Made by a program: the position numbers and the translations under genes | Notes under the pieces: model-generated | What the model saw: only the letters and a program-made list of their open reading frames with translations | Database searches by the model: none | What the model was told of the DNA's origin: nothing | In this document: positions 56,948 to 64,000 of the stretch, one piece after another | Numbering within the stretch: position 1 is the stretch's first letter | Layout of the letters: the number at the start of each line of letters is the position of its first letter | Assembly (NCBI GenBank): GCA_046313635.1 | Contig: JBKBYA010000002.1 | Location: 256,001-320,000 of the forward strand | Direction: 5' to 3' | Length of the DNA: 64,000 bases | From: Pyrinomonadaceae bacterium | GTDB taxonomy: Bacteria > Acidobacteriota > Blastocatellia > Pyrinomonadales > Pyrinomonadaceae

Positions 56948-58269
56948 TAGTCCTGCCCTCCGATGTCGCCGTCAAAGCAGTCAAGGTGAGCAAAGCCGTC
57001 GCTGCCCGCGCCGACGCCGCCGACGGCGATCAGGCGATCTTTCGGGTCGCTGCGGTCAAAGACCTTTTTGCCCTCGACCCAGGTCTCGAGCACGTGCGTG
57101 TAAACGCTCAGCGGGTCGCCCGACAGGATTATGAAGTCGGCGTCCTTTCCCTGCTCGAGCGAGCCGATGCGGTCCTGCATTTCGAGCATGATCGCGTTGG
57201 CCATCGTCATTCCGTAGAGGGCCTTTTCGCGCGACATCCCGGCCCGCACGGCGAGCGCCGCCGAACGCAGGAACCAGCGCGAGTCGGTAATGCCGTCGTC
57301 GGTGTGAAAGCCGACGAGCCCGCCCGCCTTTTCGAGCGCGGCGCCGTTCTCGTAGCGGACGTCGACCGTCTCAAGCTTGCCGCCCGGAGCGTCGATCATG
57401 ATTATCGACGACGGAACCTTGGCCTTGGCGATCTCGTCCGCGACCTTCCACGCCTCGGAGACGTGCTGCAGCACGAGGCGGAATCCAAACTCCTTTTGCA
57501 GCCGCAGCACGGTCAGGATGTCGTCGTGCCGGTGCGTATGAAAATGAACGACCCGCTTGCCGTCGAGCACCTCGACGAGAGCCTCCATCGCGAGGTCTCG
57601 AGGCGGCAGCTTGGACGCGTCGCCGCCGGCCTTTCTGATCTTGTCGCGATACTCCTGCGCCTTGACGAACTGCTCGCGGACGAGCGCGGCCGACTTGGCG
57701 CGCGTGCCCGGAAAATTGCCGCCGCCCGGTCGGATCGGATTCGTTCCGTTCGCGAATTTGATCCCGCCCATGTACTTGCCTTCACGGTCGTAGATCAGCA
57801 GGTCGTCGACCTTGTTCGCGCCGTCGCGCAGCTTGAGGTAAAGCGTCTGTCCGCTGTCGAGATGTCCCGACCCGGGCATTACGTTAACCGTCGTGACGCC
57901 GCCCGCCTGCGCACGCTGAAGGCTCGCCGCACGGGCGTTCACGCTGTCGAGCACGCGTACGTCCGGCTGGATCGGCGCCGACCCGTCGGCTCCCGCGACG
58001 CCGCCGATATGACTGTGCGAATCGACGAGTCCCGGCATTATCACCTTGCCCTTTGCGTCGATTGTCTGAGTGCTCGACGAGATCCTGACCGTGCGGGCGT
58101 CGCCGACCGCGACGATCTTTCCGTTCTGCACGATCAGCACCCCCTGTTCGATCTCGGGGCCCGCGATCGGGATGATCCGTGCGTTGATAAAAGCGATGGG
58201 CCGCTCCTGTGCGGTCGCGGCGATCGCGGCGGCGCACACGATGAGCAGTCCCGTAAGTATTTTTTTCAT
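56947..58269 (-). CDS. Secreted amidohydrolase family protein
   Basis: MPGLVDSHSH, GVTTV, HTHR, QH, HTDD, GSLEQGKDAD. Confidence 0.9.
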   Translation of the reverse strand: MKKILTGLLIVCAAAIAATAQERPIAFINARIIPIAGPEIEQGVLIVQNGKIVAVGDARTVRISSSTQTIDAKGKVIMPGLVDSHSHIGGVAGADGSAPIQPDVRVLDSVNARAASLQRAQAGGVTTVNVMPGSGHLDSGQTLYLKLRDGANKVDDLLIYDREGKYMGGIKFANGTNPIRPGGGNFPGTRAKSAALVREQFVKAQEYRDKIRKAGGDASKLPPRDLAMEALVEVLDGKRVVHFHTHRHDDILTVLRLQKEFGFRLVLQHVSEAWKVADEIAKAKVPSSIIMIDAPGGKLETVDVRYENGAALEKAGGLVGFHTDDGITDSRWFLRSAALAVRAGMSREKALYGMTMANAIMLEMQDRIGSLEQGKDADFIILSGDPLSVYTHVLETWVEGKKVFDRSDPKDRLIAVGGVGAGSDGFAHLDCFDGDIGGQD

Positions 58270-58333
58270 TTTTTGTCCTCTTAGGTCGAGTGGGGAAGTG
58301 TACGCGATAAGTTGCAACGATTCGGCGCGAGAG

Positions 58334-60130
58334 TCAAGACACACCTTCGGCCGGGGTCGAGATGCCGCCATTCGAGCCGGCCGGCAGCGAGATCACAAAT
58401 CGCGTCCCGCCGGTGTCGAGCGGTTCGGCCGCGATCCTGCCGCCATGCGCGGTCACGATCGCGTAACAAACGGCGAGACCGAGACCGGTGCCTTTGCCGG
58501 GAGCCTTGGTCGTGAAGAACGGGTCGAAGATCTTGTTAGAAAGCTCGGCGGGGATGCCGTGGCCCTCGTCCGCGATCTCGACCTCGACGGCTCGATCGCC
58601 GGCCGGATGCCGCGCCGCGATGGTCAGACGCCCGCCTTCGGGCATCGCATCCTTGGCGTTGAGCAGCAGGTTGAGGAAGACCTGCTGGAGCTGGTCGGCG
58701 TCGGCGGATACGGTCGGCAGATCGCCGGGGACGGCGAGACGGACGTCGAGCTTTTGAAACGCCTCGTCAAAGTTTGCGAGCCTGAGACTCTTTTCGACCA
58801 CGTCGGCAATTCGGAGCGGACGGCGGACGGCGGGCCTCACGCGGCCAAAGTCGGTCAGGTCCTTGGTCACCTGCGAGATGCGGCGGATCTGCTCGGCGAC
58901 GAGCTTTAAACGCTGCGATGAAATTTCGTCGAGCTGCCCGTCGCGCTGCATCATCTGGATCAGCGACGAGAGCGAAGCGAGAGGATTGTTGACCTCGTGC
59001 GCGACGCCGGCGGCGAGCGTGCCCATCGCCGCGAGGCGTTCGGTGTGGATGAGCTGCTCGTTCAGCCGCTGAAGCTCACGGATGTCGGCCGCCATCTTGC
59101 GGCTCATCTCGTTGAACGACTCGGCGAGCAGGCCGATCTCGTCGTTGGTCCGCCGCAGGTCGACCTCGGTTCCGTATTCGCCCTTTGTGACCGCGACGGC
59201 CGCAAGCGTGATGCGCTGCAGCGGCCGCGAGATCGTGCGGAGTATCAGGAGTACGAGCAAGAGGTTGGGCACGAGCGCCGAGATGATGCTGAAGACGAGA
59301 TATCGCCGCCAGCCCTCGGCGTCAACTCCGCCGCGGAAAGACCACCAGACGATCGGCACCTGCAGCAGCAAAAAGCTCGAGATCGCTACCGACGCGATCG
59401 AGAGAGCGACCTTGTATGCGATCGGGAATAGCCGAAACTGATTGAGCGCCGTCTGCAGAGAAAAGAGCTTGAAATTGAGGATCGCGAACGCATACGCGAG
59501 AGCCCCCGGCAGAGTCAGCACCGCGCTGAAGGGGACGAGCTCGTACCGGTCGAAATACGGCAGCACGACATTCGCCAGCGACATCATCAGGCCCGTCAAC
59601 GCGAGGCCCCATAGTATCGACGCGAGCTGCTGCCCGCGCTGCGTGCCGCGGTAAGCGAGGTACTTGCGAAAGAGCAAAACCCCGCCGTAAACGTATACGG
59701 CATAGACGTAAGCGACAAAAACGTAGGCCAGCGGCCGCAGCTCGACGACGAACCTGCCGTCGCGAAACGCCACCTCGTCCCAGAGAAATCCAAGCGCGGT
59801 CGCCGGTACAAGCACGAGCGACGGAGCAAAGAGCATCGCCGCCTTTCGCCGCGGCGTACGCGAATTTTCGGGGAAGACCCAAGCAAAAACCACCAGCGCG
59901 AACTGCATCAGCATCGCGATGACAAAGCTCGCCCCGGCCCAAACTCTCCAGTCGGTGCCGGCATCGTAAAAATTCCAAAAGATCAGGTCTTTTGTCGTCC
60001 AAAGCGCGAGGAACGCGATAAACGCCGCAAACGTCTGATGAGATCGCTTCCTCGGGTCGGAAACGAAAACATAAAAACCCAGCAAGACAAGAAAGAAGAG
60101 TGAAAAGAGATGCAGGGCGACGAGCATCAA
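58334..60130 (-). CDS. Membrane sensor histidine kinase (multi-TM N-terminus, HAMP, HisKA, HATPase)
   Basis: [49 protein letters not shown]. Confidence 0.93.
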   Translation of the reverse strand: MMLVALHLFSLFFLVLLGFYVFVSDPRKRSHQTFAAFIAFLALWTTKDLIFWNFYDAGTDWRVWAGASFVIAMLMQFALVVFAWVFPENSRTPRRKAAMLFAPSLVLVPATALGFLWDEVAFRDGRFVVELRPLAYVFVAYVYAVYVYGGVLLFRKYLAYRGTQRGQQLASILWGLALTGLMMSLANVVLPYFDRYELVPFSAVLTLPGALAYAFAILNFKLFSLQTALNQFRLFPIAYKVALSIASVAISSFLLLQVPIVWWSFRGGVDAEGWRRYLVFSIISALVPNLLLVLLILRTISRPLQRITLAAVAVTKGEYGTEVDLRRTNDEIGLLAESFNEMSRKMAADIRELQRLNEQLIHTERLAAMGTLAAGVAHEVNNPLASLSSLIQMMQRDGQLDEISSQRLKLVAEQIRRISQVTKDLTDFGRVRPAVRRPLRIADVVEKSLRLANFDEAFQKLDVRLAVPGDLPTVSADADQLQQVFLNLLLNAKDAMPEGGRLTIAARHPAGDRAVEVEIADEGHGIPAELSNKIFDPFFTTKAPGKGTGLGLAVCYAIVTAHGGRIAAEPLDTGGTRFVISLPAGSNGGISTPAEGVS

Positions 60131-60192
60131 TCAGATATTACGGCGCCCTTTGAAGTTGGCAAAACGGCGAGAACTGAGCGCCCGCAAGCGGG

Positions 60193-60840
60193 TCAGGCCG
60201 CGGTCTCGGCCGATCGCAGATCGCGGCTGCGGTCGATCTCGTTCTCGACGGGATGTCCGATCGATCTCGCAAGGTCTGCGACGTGGAGTTTGGCCTCGGG
60301 CGGCAAGTATGCGAAGGCAGGACGGAGCAGCTCGTCGACGTCACGCCTCGCGCTCTCGAGGTGGGCAAGCACCTTCGACTCATTCCTGCGGCGATGGCAG
60401 GCGGCCGACAGGGCGATCGACGGATGGTCGACAGCCTTTACCAGATCGACGATCGGCGGCCGGAGCGCTCCGTCGCTAGCCGCGATCTCATGCAGGCCCG
60501 CGCATCGTTGGAGCGTCTCGGCGATCTGGACGGCCGAGACGCCGATGCCGGCAGCGGAGAGGATCGCCGCGACGCGGCGGATCTTTTCGGATCTGTCGGC
60601 CGCGAACGCGGAATCTGAGATGTCCGGAGCGCTCGAATACGCATTTGACGCATTTGAAACGAAACGGTCCGCGACTTCGCGTTTGATGAATGAAAGCGCG
60701 ACCGCGGGCCAGATGATCAGATAACAAAACGCGAAAAATACGTCCTTAGAACGGACGTTACCGTGAGCCGACAGGAGACGCCCGGCGGCGACAGGCGTTC
60801 CGCATGTGAGGTAGATGATAACCAGTTCGGAGATCGACAT
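60193..60840 (-). CDS. Hypothetical membrane protein
   Basis: MSISELVIIYLTCGTP; two N-terminal hydrophobic segments; co-oriented with the kinase. Confidence 0.6.
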   Translation of the reverse strand: MSISELVIIYLTCGTPVAAGRLLSAHGNVRSKDVFFAFCYLIIWPAVALSFIKREVADRFVSNASNAYSSAPDISDSAFAADRSEKIRRVAAILSAAGIGVSAVQIAETLQRCAGLHEIAASDGALRPPIVDLVKAVDHPSIALSAACHRRRNESKVLAHLESARRDVDELLRPAFAYLPPEAKLHVADLARSIGHPVENEIDRSRDLRSAETAA

Positions 60841-61062
60841 CACCGGCGTTTTGGCAAGGTCCGTACCAGCCGGGGCGAGACCACGAATCGGGACAGTTAA
60901 ACTAGCGGATTGCAGCATTTACACCGGACGATGGAACAAATTTGCGGTTCGTTTCGTTCTTATTGCTGGAGCAAAAAGCCAATTTTGAACTTCCCAATTG
61001 CAAATCGCCAATCCGGGCCCGTTAATGAGTTTGACATTCCCTGACCGGTCCTTGGGAGGACC

Positions 61063-61078
61063 TGGCACCGTATTTGCT
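61063..61078 (+). promoter_or_regulatory. Sigma-54 promoter
   Basis: TGGCAC-CGTAT-TTGCT, close match to the -24/-12 consensus. Confidence 0.7.
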
Positions 61079-61159
61079 GAGCAATGGGCAGGAACAGTTC
61101 AAAGTTCTCTAGTGATACATCGCAATTATCAAGCATAAGGGTCAAGGAGGGACGCAATC

Positions 61160-61357
61160 GTGGCAAACAAGTACAAAGTAAAAGTTATCAAGAAGTCTGA
61201 GATCAAGGCGCCCGCGGCGGAGCCGCAGGTCAAGCCCGTATCCAAAAAGGCGGCGGCACGCGATATGGTCGAGACTGTCACGTCTTGGGTGAGCGACTTT
61301 CAGCAGCGGAAAAGGCTCGAGACGAGCGTGGCCTTTGAAACTCTCTTTGCCCGTTGA
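61160..61357 (+). CDS. Small basic hypothetical protein (65 aa)
   Basis: GTG after AAGGAGG; own promoter and terminator. Confidence 0.72.
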   Translation: MANKYKVKVIKKSEIKAPAAEPQVKPVSKKAAARDMVETVTSWVSDFQQRKRLETSVAFETLFAR

Positions 61358-61403
61358 GCGCATCCGCCGCTGATCGGCGACAAATAGGATATTCGTCGTT
61401 AAT

Positions 61404-61432
61404 AAAAGCGGCCGCAATTTGCGGTCGCTTTT
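61404..61432. terminator. Intrinsic terminator
   Basis: AAAAGCGGCCGC-AATTT-GCGGTCGCTTTT. Confidence 0.7.
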
Positions 61433-61501
61433 GGTTTGCGCTGCCAAAAGTACCTGTAATTGCGGACAGCCTGAACTCCCTGTTATGCTTGCCCCGACAT
61501 T

Positions 61502-62263
61502 ATGCGGGGAAAGGTTGTCGTAGTTACCGGGGCGAGCAGCGGCATCGGCCGCGCGACCGCCGTTTTATTCGCCAGGCAAGGAGCGACCGTGGTGGCTGTC
61601 GGCAGGAACGAGGCCGAGCTCAACCGCCTCAGAGACGAGTCGGGCACGGCGGGCGGCACGATCCGTCCGCATTTGACCGACGTCACAGAGGTATCGCAAA
61701 TTGACCGGCTCGCATCGGAAACCGTCGAATCATTCGGTCAGGTTGACGTATTGATCAACGCCGCCGGTACGATCAAGAACGGCTCCGTCGAGAGTACCTC
61801 GCTCGACGAATGGGACAAGATGCTGGCGGTGAATCTGCGCTCCGTCTTTTACGCCATACACAAGTTTGTGCCGCATCTCGTGCAGAGCCGCGGCAGCATC
61901 GTTAACGTATCGAGCGTGACGGGTCTGCGTGCATTTCCAAACGTTCTCGCGTACTGCGTATCAAAAGCCGGGGTCGACCAGCTGACGCGCTGCGCGGCGC
62001 TCGAGCTCGCTCCGAAGGGCGTCCGCGTAAATGCCGTCAACCCGGGCGTCGTCGTCACAAACCTGCACAAGCGGGGCGGAATGTCGGAGGACGATTACGA
62101 GAAGTTTCTCGAGCATTCTCGCACGACGCACCCGATCGGTCGCCCCGGAACTCCTGAGGAGGTTGCGGAACTGATCGCCTTCCTTGCTTCGGACAAGGCG
62201 AGCTGGATAACGGGCGTGACCTATTCGATCGACGGCGGCAGGGCTGAGACCTGCGCCAGATAA
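61502..62263 (+). CDS. Short-chain dehydrogenase/reductase
   Basis: TGASSGIG, INAAG, NVSS, YCVSK, VNPG, DGG. Confidence 0.93.
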   Translation: MRGKVVVVTGASSGIGRATAVLFARQGATVVAVGRNEAELNRLRDESGTAGGTIRPHLTDVTEVSQIDRLASETVESFGQVDVLINAAGTIKNGSVESTSLDEWDKMLAVNLRSVFYAIHKFVPHLVQSRGSIVNVSSVTGLRAFPNVLAYCVSKAGVDQLTRCAALELAPKGVRVNAVNPGVVVTNLHKRGGMSEDDYEKFLEHSRTTHPIGRPGTPEEVAELIAFLASDKASWITGVTYSIDGGRAETCAR

Positions 62264-62272
62264 TTCACGGTT

Positions 62273-63052
62273 CTGAAGATACAATTGCTTCCAAGCAGCT
62301 TTGACGAGAACGGCCGGCCGTCGGTGCGGCAGCACTTGTCTTGCCTTGTCGTGAACGATTCGGTCGCCGTCGATGCAGGGAGTCTCGCCTTCGCCGCCAC
62401 CGACCGGCAGCGGCGCCAGATACGCGACGTCGTCCTCACTCACGCTCATCTCGATCACATCGCGGGTCTGCCGATCTTTATCGACGATCTTTTTGCGACT
62501 CTAGACTCGCCCGTCCGCATCCACGCGTCCGACGAGATCATCGAGACGCTCGAACGAGATATCTTCAACTGGTCGGTTTATCCGCGCTTTTCCGAGTTGA
62601 CGAACGATCACGGGCCTGTCGTCGAGTATCGTTCCTATGCCGAAGGCGCCGCCTTCAAAGTCTGCGAACTGGAATTCCTGCCCGTCCGTGTGAATCACAA
62701 GGTGCCCGCCTACGGCTTTATCGTCGAGGACGGCCGTTCGACGATCGCGATCAGCGGCGATACCGCGGCGATGGAAGGTTTTTGGAACGAGGTGAATGCA
62801 AGGAGCGAGGTGACCGCCGTGGTGCTGGAATGCGCCTTTCCGGATGAGCTGTCCGATCTTGCGGACCGGTCGTTTCACATGACGCCGTCGAAGCTGCTCG
62901 CCGAGATCTGCAAATTCGGCAAACGGGACGATTGTCCGATCTTCGTTTTTAATATCAAACCGATGTATCGCGAGCGCGTCGCGGAGCAGCTTGCGCGACT
63001 GGGCGCTCCTAACCTGCATATCGTCGAGGTTGGAAAGACCTATTTTTGGTGA
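62273..63052 (+). CDS. Metallo-beta-lactamase-fold 3',5'-cyclic nucleotide phosphodiesterase-like protein
   Basis: VDAGS, THAHLDHIAGL, IFNWSVYP, VNHKVP, SGDT, ECAFP, HMTP; start uncertain (CTG 62273 or TTG 62285). Confidence 0.82.
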   Translation: MKIQLLPSSFDENGRPSVRQHLSCLVVNDSVAVDAGSLAFAATDRQRRQIRDVVLTHAHLDHIAGLPIFIDDLFATLDSPVRIHASDEIIETLERDIFNWSVYPRFSELTNDHGPVVEYRSYAEGAAFKVCELEFLPVRVNHKVPAYGFIVEDGRSTIAISGDTAAMEGFWNEVNARSEVTAVVLECAFPDELSDLADRSFHMTPSKLLAEICKFGKRDDCPIFVFNIKPMYRERVAEQLARLGAPNLHIVEVGKTYFW

Positions 63053-63294
63053 TCGCGCGCGGCCTTTTCGCGGAGGAAGTTGATCGGCTCAAACGCGCCC
63101 TGGCGGTGCTCGCCGATAAAGTCGTAAAGGATCACGCGGCCGTTCGGCAGTACTTCTTTTATCTTAAAGGTCCTTTCGTCGCGCTCGCGGCCCGGCATGA
63201 TCTCGGCCTTGAACGTCACGCTCATCTCGGGCCGCGCCCAGACGTTGTCGGGGGACATCGTTCGATGACGTTTTTTCTTACCAAAGAGAGGCAT
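63040..63294 (-). CDS. Small hypothetical protein
   Basis: MPLFGKKK...VTFKAEIMPG...GEHRQGAFEPINF. Confidence 0.6.
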   Translation of the reverse strand: MPLFGKKKRHRTMSPDNVWARPEMSVTFKAEIMPGRERDERTFKIKEVLPNGRVILYDFIGEHRQGAFEPINFLREKAARDHQK

Positions 63295-63592
63295 GCTATT
63301 GGTCGGCCTCGGGCTCCTGTTTATGTTTCGCTTTTCTCTCCGACGGCCTCGCTTTTGACTCCGGCTTGCGAGTTCCGATCGATCGGCTAGGCGGTGCGGT
63401 CGGCTTGCGGATCGACTCAAAGATCGGCCGCGGCTCGTTGGACTTTCGCTTTCTGCTGGCCATGCGTCGAGAGTATAACAGAAACGGATATTAGCCCACC
63501 GGCCGGATAGTTCGTTGACAACATTTGGAATGAAATTCAGTATATAGACGCCGTCAACGACAAGCCCGCGGGCGGCCTCTCCCGTTTTGCAG

Positions 63593-64000
63593 ATGCGTCA
63601 GAATAGAGCCCCGAACAGCAGTCACAAGCCGCCATTCTGGCTGGCGGCGTCGAATTTTTACGTGCTGTCGGTCGGCTTCTCGATCGGAACTTTCTTTCTT
63701 ATCTGGGCGATACTTCACGATGCGAGCGAGGAGACCGCCGTCTTTCCCGCCGGGATCATCGCCAGCGGCACGCTGCTCTCGGCCGTGGGCCTGCGCCTCT
63801 ACATTCTCCGGCGCATAAGGAGCCGTCTGATCGCTACACGCCGGCTCGAACAGAATCTGGCGGCGATCTCGCCGCGCGCGGCAGAATCGGCTCGGCCAAA
63901 GCTCTCGATCGAGCAGAACGCCCGGATCATTCGTGAGATCGAGAGACGTTCCGAGGCGGCGAAGCTGCTCGCAAAGTACCCGGAAGGCCATCGGGAGGTA
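63593..64000 (+). CDS. Hypothetical membrane protein, N-terminus (runs off window edge)
   Basis: Manual translation MRQNRAPNSSHKPPFWLAASNFYVLSVGFSIGTFFLIWAILHD..., open to window end, two TM segments. Confidence 0.7.
   Translation, partial: MRQNRAPNSSHKPPFWLAASNFYVLSVGFSIGTFFLIWAILHDASEETAVFPAGIIASGTLLSAVGLRLYILRRIRSRLIATRRLEQNLAAISPRAAESARPKLSIEQNARIIREIERRSEAAKLLAKYPEGHREV

Noticed and set aside
4747..58909. Long antisense or alternate-frame ORFs (e.g. 4747-5727, 8670-9977, 39124-40287, 50209-51708, 56986-58284)
   Set aside because: Shadow ORFs of real genes caused by high-GC codon bias; no motifs.

Overview
GC-rich bacterial chromosomal segment. Gene content (TIGR03437-like surface protein, Acidobacteria-type TPR proteins, heptamer/REP repeats) suggests Acidobacteriota, probably Blastocatellia; this taxonomy is an inference. 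Most of the window is housekeeping: ilvE, lpxB, lpxD, pdhA/B/C, DsbD-like, cysS, thiL, tRNA-Pro(GGG), DegP-like, speA/DHS-like/speB, glnA, pyrF, feoAB, mog, peptidases, amidohydrolases and a sensor kinase. The best candidate for an undescribed system is the co-oriented cluster at the left edge (1-4046, minus strand, running off the window). It has an unknown 213-aa protein followed by four signal-peptide-less hydrolases: an LDT-like/GH19 fusion, a papain-like protease, an EEP nuclease and a patatin phospholipase. Together they could attack cell wall, protein, nucleic acid and membrane. Other points of note are a decaying island behind tRNA-Pro (frameshifted Na/Ca antiporter, truncated P-type ATPase), a degenerate deoxyhypusine-synthase-like gene inside a polyamine operon, a cysteine dioxygenase retaining the mammalian cross-link Cys, composite heptamer/REP elements flanking an S10 peptidase, heptamer repeats embedded in coding sequence, and two sigma-54-type promoters. 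All protein calls come from motif recognition by eye; no database searches were run.
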